A stretch of DNA of 64,000 nt, taken from Lama guanicoe (lineage: Eukaryota). The DNA is taken from assembly GCA_013239625.1 (NCBI GenBank), contig MU054323.1:2902161-2966160 (forward strand). The letters run 5' to 3'. The number at the start of each line of letters is the position of its first letter. The stretch's first letter is position 1. The notes beneath the pieces were generated by a model, which made no database searches, was not told the origin of the DNA, and worked only from the letters and a program-made list of their open reading frames with translations. Below are positions 49,301 to 62,624 of this stretch, one piece after another. The position numbers and the translations under genes were made by a program.

Positions 49301-51619
49301 AGGAACAAAAGCAAAATAACAGAAGGAAGAAACACTGGCAGCTTTGAAGTCCCTGGTTCCAGCTGTTTCTGAAGCCCAGGTATGGGGCTCTGAGGTTTCT
49401 CTGAGATACTTTAGTATCCTTACGATACATTCCCTCATTTATTTAAGAGATTTTGAGTTAGCTGTTCCATAACCTACAACCCAAAGAATCCTAGATAATA
49501 ATAGCATGGATGTTATGTGAAGCTGAATTCTTCAAATACGAAATAGCACAAAATTTTAAAAATTAACTTTGTACACAAATTTTGAAACAATGTGAATCCT
49601 CCAATTTTTTTTGAAAATTCCTCTGGGATCACATCATTTCCAAGCTATCTGGCTGAAGAAATTATAAATCATGTTTCACATTAAAATCACATGTTAGAAC
49701 CGTTTTAGCCATTAAGCAGAACAGCTCACCATCTTTTAACAATAACCCGTAAATCATGCTGTTGTATTTGCACTCACAACTTGTGTGGGTTCTTCAACAT
49801 TTACTATTATTATAACTTGAAATCTTTTTTATATCTTAGAACAATATCATCCAAGCACTCATTAAGTGATGATAATGCTAGGAGCAATAATACTTTGGAA
49901 CAGAAATGAAATGCGATAATGTTCTATGAAGAAAACCAGACAACCACCACTGTTAATTTAGCAGGCAGCACTAAGACAATGATCACAGAAAATGCTAGAA
50001 AAGTAAAAGCAGCACTAAAGCAGTTGCACCTTTAAGTCTGCAAAAAAAATAGTCATATATAGTCAAGGACAATGGAAATTTTTCTGCTGGCATGGCTGCC
50101 TAGGAATGTCCTATAATATACCCCAGACTCCAGAAGTCAAAATTCACACAATTCAAAAATGCATTCTATTTTATACACTCTAATAATTTTATTTATCAAA
50201 GAGTTATTCATAGGAAAATTAGTCTTGAATTATGTAAGATTTGAATTAGGCAAGGCCTTCAGGAATGTGCCCTCATATACAACGTGGCCACTCTGAATCG
50301 CCTCCTTCTTGGCTTGGGGGCCAAGCATAAGGCTGTGGCAAGAGTGTGTCTGGGACAGGCTCTCCTAGCTTCTTGGCTTGTCATCAAAGCCCGTCAAAGG
50401 GCAGCTTCCTGTCACTAGCCTCGCAAAGGCAAAGCTGAGAAAACATCCTCCCAGGAGCTGAGTGGTGGCCAACATGCCTATCCCCATCTCACACCAGAAC
50501 AGTTTCCAAGGAGTGAGAGGCTGGCGCAGGACAGGAGGACCAGCTCTCAGCATCCTCACACACACTGAGGATGCCCGGACTCCAGGTCCAATATGGGGCC
50601 AGCCCAACCAGCTCCTCCTGTTTTCCTTCCTCATCACGAGAACGCAGCAGTGTCATCACGTGGAAAGTGTCTTGGAAGAAACCTATTTTCCCCCTACCAT
50701 GAGCAGATGCCTCACAGATTTGGTGCATCATTTGTAAATGATTTCAAATTTTATTTGTCTACTCCAAGGAGATTACTGGAATTTCCAACTGCATTTTAAT
50801 GTAATTGTTTCCATGCTGCATAGGAAGTTTTTGCAGCCACAGTGATCACCTCTGATGTACAATTAGAGGCTAAGAACCTGCATCCCTGTGGAACGCAGCC
50901 TCTGTGTTAGGGCTGCTACCCTTGAAGCCTTCAGACTCCCGCTAGGACTTCATTCAGCAAAAGCTTACTGAGAGTCCACCAGGTGCCAAGCGGGGCTCTG
51001 CCTTCAACAAGCTGATATTCCACCATAGAGGCTTTCACACTTCTGCAAAATTCTATCTTCAAATGACTTAATATAATCCCCTATGGACTGCTGTGTGTAA
51101 AACAGCAAAATGTACAACTGTGTTGTTGAAACGAGGGGGCAGAGTTCCAGTCATCTCTTCCCTGGCCCCTCAAGCCTCCCTATCAAAGCAGGACCTCCAG
51201 AGGCCCCCCCCTATGAGAACAGTATGCAAATCCAGAGCTCATCAATCTTGAGTAACTCTTGAAAGATGCAAAACCATGGCAATCGTAACAAAAATAAGAT
51301 GTCCCAAAAGAGTTGGAGCAAAGATCAATTAACTAATAAAACTAATGCCTGAGAAAGTTAAGCAAGATTGTTCAAAGCTCAACAGTTCTGCTTCAGGAAC
51401 ACTCAGGTGGCCAGGAGAAGGTAAGCCAGCAGGAGGACCAAAGGAATTCTTTCCCTTCTCTTTCTGGCCAAGCCTCTCATGTAGAATCTTCCTCCAAAGA
51501 TGCCTTACCTTTCTCAGAAAAGGGAGCGGACAGCATTCTTTTACTCTACCCAGCTTTCCCTTCCTCCTCATCCCGAGCTCTGTCCCGGCGCCTCTTCTCT
51601 TCTGCTGTCCATCTTCACT

Positions 51620-52590
51620 CACTTCTGCAATGATCATATCTTGCCCACAATTTTAATTTCATCTACCTGCTGATGACTCCAATCCCAGCCCCGCTCTCTC
51701 CCCCGAATTTCAGAAGCATGTTTTTAAGTGCCTACTCATCTCCACCTGGTTATCGCCTAGAAACAGTCAACTTAGCAAATCTAACACAGAACTCTAGATT
51801 CTCTTTCCCCCTCCAAACTTCCCCTTCTTTCAAAAGGACACCATTATCCACTCAACTCAAAACATAAGCCCAGATGTCATTCCCGATTCCCTTCCCCACG
51901 TCCAACCTGTCGGCCAGTCCTGCCCACCCGGCTTCCAGTTGTAACTGGACACACCCCCACTGGCTCCCGGCCACGCCACCACCATTCCTCACCTGACACT
52001 GGGGCAGCCTCCTGACTCCTATCCGGCTTTCACTCCTGCCTTCCTTCACAGCAACTTGGACAACATCAGTTTCTTAAGAGCATCAGTGAAGTCTGCCTGG
52101 CCATGTCTCTCCATCCAACCTGGCTGCACAGCCCTCTCCCTCGCCTTAGCGAGCTCCAGCCACACTTTCTGCCTCTCTCATTCTCAAACGTGCAGAGCTC
52201 CTCCCTGCCTTGGGACCGCTGCACTAGCTGCTCCACCCTCCTGGAACACTCTTCCTACAGATCTGCGGGTGGTGGCTCCTCCTTGGCACGCAGACCTCGG
52301 CTTCTTCCTCAGGTGGCCTACTCAAGAGATGCCTTTTCTGACCACCCCCGAGTCGCCCTCCCAGACATCTCCTTATTTTATATGAAACATAGCACTTATC
52401 ACATCCAATATTTCCTTTCAGTTATTTGTACGCTGTGTGACTTCTCTTACTATCAGCAGGATATTAAGTTCCGTAAGGGCAGAGAACTCTTCTCTCGCCA
52501 CTGCTATAACCGCAAGGCTTAGAACTGGGCCTGGCCCATAACAGACAAGTAATCAACACGCAGTGAATAAATGGATGAGTGAACCAGTAA
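51620..52590 (-). mobile_element. L2a LINE fragment
   Basis: catctacctgctgatgactcc...ccatTatccactca...gcagcctcctgact...ctggaacactcttcc...cctggcccataacagac...tgaataaatggatgagtgaa. Confidence 0.8.
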
Positions 52591-52619
52591 AATGCTTCCT
52601 GCCTCTTTGGGGAGCTGTT

Positions 52620-53200
52620 GGTCCCCAGTCCCTATAATTATGGTGGAGCGGTCAGTCACAGCAACCATCAACCCTGGCTATGACAACCGGTTCAAGGTCT
52701 GGGCATGTGAACCAAGAAGAGCAAATGAGATTCCCCCAGAGACCTGTGTACATGGATGCTGACAAAAGAAAACTTCTTTCCTCTGGGCTGCGATGATGTA
52801 ACTCTGCAACCATCTAAGGCCATGTCCCTTTCCCCAATCTGTAGAGAGAAAACAACATTATCAAGAGCGAATCTCACACAGTGCTTACTGTGGACCAGGC
52901 ACTGCCCTAAAGGTTAACACACACTCGCCAATGTAAGCTTTGCAGCAACTCATGAGTGGATTATCATCATCATGGTATTTCTCTAGAAGATGAAACCAAG
53001 TCCCAGAGAGGTTAATTAACTTGTTAAAGGTCACACAGCAGTCTGCCTCCAGAGCTATCCTCTTAACCACTGTATTCTATTGTCTCCAACAGCAGAAAAG
53101 AATGAAGCCAGCTTAGCAGGAAAGTAGAATTAGGAAAAGGAAGAGAGGGCCCTAGTGGCGTGCCTGTGACCTGTTTCACTTCTGGATCCTTAAGTCACAG
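52620..53200. mobile_element. Old MLT1 (J/K-like) LTR with a MIR nested at ~52880-53086
   Basis: ggttcaaggtctgggcatgtgaaccaag...; MIR gtcccagagaggttaattaacttgttaaaggtcacacagc; LTR resumes at gaatgaagccagc. Confidence 0.55.
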
Positions 53201-54649
53201 GAGCAGATCAATTCTCCTGGGTGTCTGTCACTTGTCAAAAACAGAGTGTCTTTCCTGACAAAAACAGAGGGCATCCCAGAAGGGGCTGGCAGTTTAGAGA
53301 AGACTATAGAACTGGCTACACATTGTGTGTTTGCATCTATTTGTTGCAAAGAGAAACAGCTTTTTGTTTTCAAATTGGAAAATCATCTGGACTTCCAATT
53401 AATCAAGTAAGATCTGAATGGCCATCATTATTCCCAGTCCTGTCCTAGGTCCTGCAAGGTGTGCAAAGGCATGTAAGACATAACGTCAAGCATACTTTCA
53501 AGATATGATGTAGCTTAAATTCCTCCTTCACCCAATTCCCTTCTGAAATGATGAAAGCAGCATCATAAGGAAAGTCTACATTAGAGATGGGAGCCACACA
53601 TTGACCCAAGTCCTTGGGGCATTTGAGCAGTTTGCTGTGTAGGCAAGAGTAGAGTAAGGGCATCGGGGAAGTGCCTGCCCGTCTGCTGCCACCCACCACC
53701 CAGGTGCAAAGTCCTGCCATGGAGCCGGTGGACCATCACACAGCCTCTGCCCCCTCCCTGCCTCCAGTCTCCCAAACATCCCCTTGATCAGAGCAAGGAC
53801 TAGAGATGCAAAGAAGCAACCGAGCAGCTGGTGAGGAGGAGGACTCCTCTAGCTCTGGCCGCTAGGGCTGCCCTCACAGCCTGCTATGTACGGCAGGAGC
53901 TGGACCCAGGACACACTAACCAGTTGGAGAGGGATTTGCTTATGCAGCCGGCTTCGGACTTTCAAGGTAGCAGACTGGCAAGCTACTCCAGAGCAGAAGT
54001 GACATTCCCACACTGATGGCCATATCTCTGTCTCCAGTCCTCTCTTACACTAATTATTGGAACTCAGAGGACAAGTAAAAACTCCAGCAAGGTCTTCCTG
54101 TCTGGAACTGAGTGGAACATGACCTCTACCCAAGAATAATTTCCAGACATATGAAACCACTCAGCAACTCAAAGGAGAAGACCCACTTGGTCAAGACGGC
54201 ATAGTTACTTCAAAGCCTACATACCCTCTCTGTTCACAATACAGAGCAATGGCAGAGGAAATGCAAAATGGGGAACAAAAAGGCAGAATCACTATGGAAA
54301 CTGTGATATATTCGTGATGGACTCAAAGTGGAACAGAAACATCCCGTGACAAGCTGGCTGAGCTGCAGGCTTGTGGAAGCAGATGTGTCGGGATGGGTGT
54401 TACAGGCAGAGTCTCTCCTTAAAGGCAGGGCTGGAACAAGATTCCACACCATCTTCTTGCCAAGAAAAACCTGTTTCTCCCAACCATCTGGGACCACCAT
54501 TTCACGGGACCCAGGAATGCTACAGAAAGAAGTGCCCTATGACTAGCAACAGAACCAAAGTGCCCACTGGCCTGGAGACTAGGTCTGGAACATCCCCATG
54601 CCACTCTGGAGCAGAAACCCCAAACTCTCATTAGATTTCACTCTGGACC

Positions 54650-55040
54650 GGGGACAACTGAGGGAAACCCCCTGGATGAGCCACAGAAGAAGAGAAAATA
54701 ATAAACAAAAACATCACATGCAAAGTGAGACTGCATATCCAAATGCCAAAACGCAGCAAGAAAAGTAATGCTCCAAAGACAGCCAATAAGATCAGAGCAG
54801 GAATTCACACCAGATGAAGTTAATTTCATGGAACAGTCTTTTTAGAAGACTTCAAAATAATTGTGTTAAGAATATTCAAAGAGGTAAGAAATAACTTCCA
54901 TTTTTAAAACTGCAAGAAATTGTGAAACAAAAGCAGCAGGCAAGCAAGAATTAGGGAAGGGAGCTTGAGCAGAGATATCAGTGATGAAAAAGTTTGCCAG
55001 AAGAAGGCAAAGAAACACATTATATGGAAATACTTAAGAA
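54650..55040 (+). mobile_element. Very old L1/HAL1-like 5' UTR-ORF1 fragment
   Basis: A-rich; gaacagtctttttagaagacttcaaaataattgtgttaagaatattcaaagag. Confidence 0.4.
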
Positions 55041-56339
55041 CACATTTACATATTCAGTAGCTCAGATTGGCTGTGAGCTAAGTGCAGGGAGAAGGGACCC
55101 GAGATAAACCTGAACAGGGAGACGGGGCCCTTCACTGAAGACCCCCAAATCTGCTTGGTGACTCCCAGCTGTGCCCACCTCCTCCCCCCATGCAGATTGC
55201 TTGATCTTTCATGATCTCCCTTGGCTGCCCTAGAACATTTTGTAACCATTTATATCTAAAACTGATCAGACAGAGAAACGGAGACCTCAGTGGCGCATGT
55301 TCTTCGGGTGGACTGGCATTGCTGATCAAACCAAGCTGCTCCGTGTCACCAGACAGCCCCTCCCTTCGCACTGGGAACTCCCAGCATCAGATCAAGGGGG
55401 AGCATGCCCAGTGGTTGTTCCCAAGCTCCAGGGAAACTACTTTTCAGAGAGTGCATTTTTTTTGTCTTCTCTGTGTGCTGTCTCAGAACTACTGCTTCAA
55501 GTGAATCTGAACTCTTCCTCTCTCATGCCGCAGTTTTAAGATTTATAGCAACCGACAAGAAAGAAAATGAATACATAAATATATGTGTAAGGGGGTACAT
55601 CTACACAACAGTTACATGAACACTGCTTTTGGAGGGATGCATTTTATATTTGCCAAATTCTTAATTCTAATGTTTAAAAGATTCCTGGTATCTTATTTAA
55701 AAAACATAAATTCACAGGGACTAGGACAAAATTGTCACAAGATCCAGCACATAAGAGATGTTTAAAAAGAATTTATTGGTTTTGGCCACTACCACTTTGG
55801 AATGCTGAGCTAATGATGCTGGGAGCCACCTGTTACCTACTTAAATTCACCAAATGTGCCTGGCTTTCTCTGTCATCTTAAGACATAGCTGAAGTTTCAT
55901 TTCCTTGCTGAAGGCTTTCTCACCTCTTCCCTGCAGTGATTCGAGAAAGTCTGACACCACTAGCCCAGCTTTTGCAATTCACCTAGTCCCTGAGTGCCTT
56001 AGAGAGATTTGTGCATCTCCTCCTATTAAACTGATAAAACCTTGAGGAAAATATATCTTTTTTTAAAAAAAAAAAAGGAAATACCTTTCATTTTCCTCTT
56101 GCATATTAATGTATGGTTCTAAAAACAATAATTCTCAAAGAAAATAATTACAAATCACTTACCATTTTATTACCCAGAGATAACGCCATACATTTTGGTG
56201 AATAGCCTTTTCGGCTTTTTTTCTGTGCATGTGTATTTTACTTTTCCAAAAATGTGATCATACTGGACATAACACTGTATAACTCTCTTTTTACTTCAAG
56301 GTTTATCAGGGTATTTTCACCAAGAAATGGTTTTCTACC

Positions 56340-56500
56340 CCACCCCAGACAATATTATCATCCTCATTTCACTCATTAGAAACTGAGGTTCAGGAAGGTA
56401 ACTCTGTCTGCCCAAGGTCACGTGGTCACTACTGAACGGCAGAGCTGAGATTTGAATCCAGATCTCCCAAGGTCAAATCCAACACTCTTTCTGCTTCTAC
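56340..56500. mobile_element. MIR SINE
   Basis: attatcatcctcatttc...gaaactgaggttcagg...cccaaggtcac...gagctgagatttgaatccagatct. Confidence 0.8.
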
Positions 56501-57109
56501 AAAGTCACGAGGCTAGTTCTCGGTCCGAAGGCCAAGGATGCTATGGACAAGGGATTGGCAGCTCAGAGTCTTCAGGATTTACGTGACTCAGTCAGAAGAC
56601 AGGGGTCCAAGAGGCAGCACAGCCGCTGAGAAATCTGCTGGGACGCTGGGTACGCTCTTCAACGGCTCAAGCTGCCAAGAGACACAGGGACCCGGGCCCA
56701 GAAAGAGAACATGGAGACCTTTTCAAACCAAGCTGGGATTTACGTTTATGAGCAAAGCCCCTTCTGCTGTCTTCAGTGCTCTGGTGTGAGCGGAGCATGC
56801 ATCCTGCACCGCCTTTCCCAGGCATCCAGGGCCACCATCTTTGGTTCCCCTTCAGCCCAGCACCAGAAATAGTGAAGATGAGGTCTTCTTGGAGGGTGAC
56901 TCTGAGGCAGAGAAGCCATAAGGGCCTAGAGAAGGCAGGAAGTAAGGCCGAAAACTAGGGTTAAGCTTACCAAACAGAAGTAGCTGCCCATATACGTGAC
57001 ATCCGGAGTATTAGCAAAGGCCCCTGGACCCCAGAACCTATCATCAGCCTTAAAGAAACCCTCCTTCAATCTCTCATCTTGATACTCAACAGTCATAATA
57101 AAAGCTTGC

Positions 57110-57300
57110 TATTATTATTGTTGATAGCATATGAAGCACTTCCATGCGCTAAGAACTCTACATATTCAATTCTCATTCAATCCTCAAAACAACCAGAGGT
57201 GAGAATTATTTTTATTCCTATTTTACAAGGGAGGAAACCGTGGCTCAGAGATATGCCCAAGGTCACATACTTGGCGTCTTCAATTAGAATCAGCACCTAG
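57110..57300. mobile_element. MIR SINE
   Basis: tctcattcaatcctcaaaacaacc...cctattttacaagggaggaaaccgtggctcagaga...cccaaggtcaca. Confidence 0.8.
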
Positions 57301-57918
57301 GTTGGTTTTTATATCACTATTTGAGGGGAGGACCACCCACCAGCACCACCCCAGCCTTGAATTGTTCTGTTTCCCCCTGACATGTCTGGGGAACACATGC
57401 AAAAGTGTTGCCTCCTGCCTTAATCAGCTGTGATATATTAGAACATACATGTCTTGATTATTTCATAGACTGGCTTTTGTACCAGGAAACCAATGGAGTG
57501 TTGAAGACTCAAATTCAGGGCCCTCTGGCATGCTTCCTTGGGATTTTCTATTCAAGGATCTTAAAACATTTTTAAAAGATTTTTATGCCTGGTATCATTC
57601 AAGATGTTTCTTAAAAGTAAAATTCCAGAGGTAGAAATAACGCTTAAAAATCTTTCTAGTTCAACCCTTTTCATTTAACAAATGAGGAGCAGAGCCCAGC
57701 CCTTTAAATGGGAGTGTCAGCAACTGTACTTCTAACGCATGACACCCCAATAAGGATGAGGCTCAGAGAAACCACCTAAATTTTACCCAGATTCAGCAGA
57801 CTTTCATCATACATCACTGGGGGAGTGGATATTATATCTGGAAGACTGCCCTCTGACTTTCTGTTTTCACAAAACAGTACCAAAACACTAATTAATCCCA
57901 TGTTTGCTTTTTTTCTAG

Positions 57919-57955
57919 GAGGAGGAATAAAAGCTCTTTAAGCGGGAAGGCAACC
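57919..57955 (+). other. Candidate 37-nt exon on the plus strand
   Basis: Branch-like cactaat ~30 nt upstream; tgtttgctttttttctag|GAGGAGG...GCAACC|gtgagt. Confidence 0.35.
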
Positions 57956-60279
57956 GTGAGTATTTAGTAACTAGAAGTAACCCAGAAGTAGGCAGGATGG
58001 ACAACAACTGAGACCACCAGCTTTCAGGGACATAGAAGAGGTGCTTCCCATCCCTGCAGAGAATCAGAAGGGCTTTAATTCCCAGAGATGAGTGAACTTA
58101 AGAGGCTGCAGCAAAGTCACCTCTGAAACAGACCTTGGTGTCCTCACAGTGGTCACCATCAGTCCTGGCAGCCATGAGCCACCTTCAGGTGGTTCTGAAG
58201 GCAAAAGGCATAGGATAGAAAAAAAGAACTTGGCAGATGTCACTGGCGTCTGAGAAAAACTGACATGATTTGAGGGGACTTAATCCCCAACTGACAAACT
58301 TTGAAAAGGGGGTGAGGATTAGAATTATTCTGATTTGGGCTTAAATGTAGAATGGGACTCTATTTTAATCCATCCATTGCTGAAGACAACACATCATTTA
58401 TCCAGCTATATATACTGTGGCTTCTCCAGAACACAGCAGTAGGGTCTGGCTTTATACAGGAGCAGCAACACATCTGTTTTTTCTCTATGATTGAGGCCAG
58501 CTCATCAGCTTAAAGTAAATGTCTTTTGGAGCTTTTATAGGTAAGAGAAGGTATAAAATTTGAGATCTGTGACCATTAATTTAAAGAGAGTACAACCAGC
58601 ACAGTCATCAAGTGGTTTTTTGTTGGGGTTTTTTTTCACTCTAGCACTGTCCAGATGCTCAGGTATGACTCAGTGTAAGTAGACAGCTGGGCTTAACCAG
58701 GTTGGGGGTTTCTGGGCAAGTATGATATGGAGGAAAAAGGAGGAAGAGTGGGTACGAAATTTGCAAGGGAGTGGAGATGATGCCGACAAGGAGCCAGAGT
58801 GCTTGGTCAGGAGGGAACTGAGCCATGAGGAAGGTGGGAGTAGTGATAACGTATGAGTGTTGATGGACTGGGCATCTCAGTGAGGTCAGAGAGTTGCTCA
58901 AGTCAGTAGGGGGTAGAGTAAGTTAAGTGGAAGTCTGATCACTGTCTCTTATCTGGAGCCAGACACAAGAGCAAGCAGTAAAGAGCGTCAAACTTCAGAA
59001 CGATGGTCAGTAGAAGGCAGAGAGTCCACAAGGTGTTTAGACATGAAGGCGAAGCATTGAGAGAAAAATCTGTGAAGATAAAACCTTTTTCACAGACTTA
59101 AGTGCTGTGCTCTTTGCAGTCTGCTAGACCAGGCTGTAGCTGAAGTCAGTTCTTCCCTACCTGTTCTGATCTGCAGGATCAAAGGCAACATGTCCCCTAG
59201 TGCCATAAAATTTCCCAGTGCCCTTTGGTCACAATCAGTAGGAATGAGCCAGTGGAATGGACGAGACTCATTTTCCACCATAAGCTCCAGAAGATCCTTC
59301 TGTTTCTTTATAGCCCAACTACACAAATAACGAAGAAACAGAATTCTATGGTGCAGAAATCAAAGGATGCCTATCAAATACCTTCCATATTCCAGCAGCC
59401 GTACTAGAGGCTTTCCCACTGGGAACTATTGTAATATTCATAGCGACTTGGAAAGGTGGGAATAATTTGCCCTATTTTACAAACTATCAAACCGAGACTT
59501 CGAAACCAAGTAACTTATCCAGGATCTCATAGTTAGCATACAAAGGAGCCAAGATTCGAACCTCAGACATTGATTTCCCCAAGCCCATACTCCTGTCATC
59601 ATAACATGCTGCTTTTGGTGAAGAGGGGGTGGGGGAAAGGAGAAGAGAAATTGTGGTTTCTTTGAACACAGAACACGTAATTCGGGGATGTTCTCCAGTC
59701 TGTTCTGCCTGAATCCACATCAAGCAGTTTTGAATGCTTGCAGTTTATGGATTATTCTTGGGCCCTTTCTGATTTGTCCTGCCACAGCAGAGGCAGAGCA
59801 GCAGCAATATTTGGTTTAAATGAATGCCAGACCAGGCTGTAACTCAAAGAAATGCATGAAGAATATCAGTTTCACTTTCTGTCTTATGTTTAGAACAAGG
59901 CTTTTCCCCCAACAAATATTTGCTGCTGAAGACATCCTTAGTAAGCCCCTAGTCATGATCTTGCAACTCAAGAAAACATGTGGTCTGAGGAATTTTAACT
60001 TCACAAGCCTACAAATTGCGGAGTATTTGGGCCTAAATCGTGTGAGAATTAAATACTCAGTTTGAAATTTGCCAACTCTCATTGTGGGTTTGCTCCTTTC
60101 TTTTAACTATTTTCAAAATTAAGAAAAGTTCCTATTTCAGAAGATGAATAACCATTAGCTGAGGCATTTTTACTTGCGTTTTAAGCATTTGGCTTAAATC
60201 ATTTCCATAATATTGTCTTCCTCCAAAAGCCTTTTGTTTTAAGGTTAAATTACCTATCATTTATCATACAATGGACTCG

Positions 60280-60920
60280 GGACCTTACCGGCATTGCCTG
60301 GGGTGGGAAAGCCAGGTCAGCGAAGCCTGGAGCTGGGATGCAGGGCAGTCAAACTTGGAGCCTGAGAACTGCCGAAGTCCGAGCCCTGAAGGATTTCTGT
60401 TTTGTGGTGAAGGCAGTCATTTGGAGGCTGGGTAACTTTTCAGTTTCAGGGTTTTTTCCTTCGTTATTTTCTCGAGCTTCTTGCAGAGGGAATCTGCTCT
60501 CGTGAGAAAGGCAGGGGAGGTCTTAGAACGGCGGGCAGACGGTGTCGCGCTCAGATGCTGATGCTCAAGCCGGCATCACAGATTCAGGTATGAGCCCTAG
60601 GAAGAGACGGGCCACAAGCTGAAGTTAGAGATGCCCTTTGAACAAACTTGGGGTTTGGGAAATGTGGGCTCCCGCAGGGGCCTACAGAGCATGCGCAGTG
60701 GGAGGTGCGCAGTGGAACGTGCGCAGTGGGAAATGCGCACAGGCGGTGCGCAGTGGGAGGGGACACTGCGAGAATGTGCAGCCCGGTTGGTATCGACGCC
60801 CACGGCCTCTTAGTGACTGCAAATGTAGTTCCCAGTCCTCATCCTTCTCTCTCCCCTCCCTCCGCAGCCCCTCCCTCCTGCAGAAGAGTCTTCATTCACA
60901 GGCCGTGAGTTCACGTATGA
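60280..60920. promoter_or_regulatory. CpG-rich promoter-like region with tandem NRF1-like TGCGCA motifs
   Basis: Among the densest CpG stretches in the window; TGCGCA at 60692, 60706, 60720, 60734, 60747; GAGCATGCGCA; TCTCGTGAGA (60498-60507); aaatgtagttc; splice donors at 60289 (-) and 60587 (+). Confidence 0.6.
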
Positions 60921-61964
60921 TCCCTGGGATCTTCCAGAAATACCTGGAGAAATTAAGGGGTCCTACGTTATAAATTAAGAGCAAAAGCCAGTCACAGTTG
61001 GATGGCAGGGGTGTTGTATCTTACTCAGTTGTTAAGATGTAAAGCTGGACCCGAAAGGGACAATCAGGTATAGCCAAAATTACTCTTCAATATCCCTGAA
61101 ATTGCCCACAGAGCACTCCACAGTATATAGTCATTTGTTTACCAAAAAAAAGAACATTTGAATAGCAAATATACATACAAATATAGAGTTTTTACAGTGG
61201 CATTCACTAGATAATAAATAATATGCATGCAAAATATAATTTTGCCGAACTTTTTAATTATACAAAAGTAAGCACATCATTGAATGAAAATGAGATGCAT
61301 ACATGAAATGGCTGCTGTGGTCCTGACGTGGGGACCCCCGTTCAAACGCAAGCAGTGAGCTGTGGAAATGCAGATTTCAGGATGGCCAGATCTGGGACTG
61401 GAAACCAAGTCCTCTTGCTGTCCTCAATTTTAAATGTGAAAATCCCAACCTGAAAGTTCTTGTGTTTCAGAGATTTAGTGCACAAAGTCCATTCCACTAT
61501 CTCTTATCTTCCTTCCACACTATTTGAGCATGCAGAGATGAAGGCTTCGGCATTCTGGGATGCGGGAGCAGAAGACTCATGGGGAGTGTCACTGAAATGT
61601 TAGCACCTGCACCTTGAAATGAAGCTAAAACTGCAGGAACCTGCAATTTATGCCACATGTCAGTACAAAGCTTCTCCCAAATTCCTGCAAATTGGGGGAG
61701 TGGGTGGAGTAAAGGGGGGGCATATCCTCCTGGTGGGTTCTGGCATGTCAAGATGGAGACTAGGGCAAGCAAAATGCTTTATTCATTTCCAAATTCTAAT
61801 TTCCCTCCAGAGCCCAATTCATTTCCTTAGATTGTAAAGTCCATGGTGAGGGGTGAGTAACCTGAAAGGAGAGGAAGAGAAGTTGAGGAGAAGTGAAAAG
61901 CAGCAGAGAGAGCTTTCCCATCCAGTGTAGGTGCAGCACTTCCTGCTATGCTGTTCTTCCCCAA

Positions 61965-62366
61965 ACCCACAGTCTTAATCTTTTATCAGGAGAAAAACAT
62001 CAGAGATATCTAAGGTGAGGAATAGTCTGCAAAGTGCTTGGCCAGAACTCCTCAAAACTGTCACGGTCATGGAAGACTGAGAAATTGTCACAGATGGGAT
62101 GAGACAGTCCTGGGGAACCCACTGTGGGATCCTGGGAAAGTAAAAGGACATTAGTGGGAAAAATGATGAAACCCAAAATAAAATCTGTAATCTGGTCAGC
62201 AGTACTGTATAATGTAAATTTATTGGTTCTGACAAATGCACCATAGTTATATAAGACATATTAACATGAGGGAAGACTGGGGGAAGGGTAAACAAGAATC
62301 CTCTATAGTATCTTGGCAAGTTTTCTGTAAATCTAAAATTATTCCAAAATAAAAAGTTTATTTAAA
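61965..62366 (+). mobile_element. L1MC/L1MD-type 3' end
   Basis: ctcctcaaaactgtcacggtcatg...aaaggacattagtgggaaaa...ttttctgtaaatctaaaattattccaaaataaaaagtttatttaaaa. Confidence 0.85.
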
Positions 62367-62624
62367 AGAGTGTAGCCATAGGGGAATCAAAGGAAAAGCA
62401 AACATGTTCCTGAAACTATATCCCTTAATTTCTTAGGTGAGAAAGATCTGTATAAGACTTGTGTAAGAAGCACCAGCAGTCTTTGCTTTGGAGTCCATTG
62501 ACAAAGTTACCTTTAAGCCGGCAGACTGGCAAAGAGATCTGAGTCATGTAAATAAAAGTTACCCAAAGTATCTCACACATGAATATGATTCTATATCCAT
62601 GCGTCATTGGATGCCCTTGGAGAT

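Noticed and set aside
59090..59407. Overlapping ORFs with apparent splice sites near 59160 and 59313
   Set aside because: Sequence resembles decayed MIR-type repeat and the peptides are unrecognisable.
60688..60760. CRISPR-like interpretation of the TGCGCAGTGG repeats
   Set aside because: Period is ~14 bp with 3-4 nt spacers, in a mammalian context; far from CRISPR dimensions.
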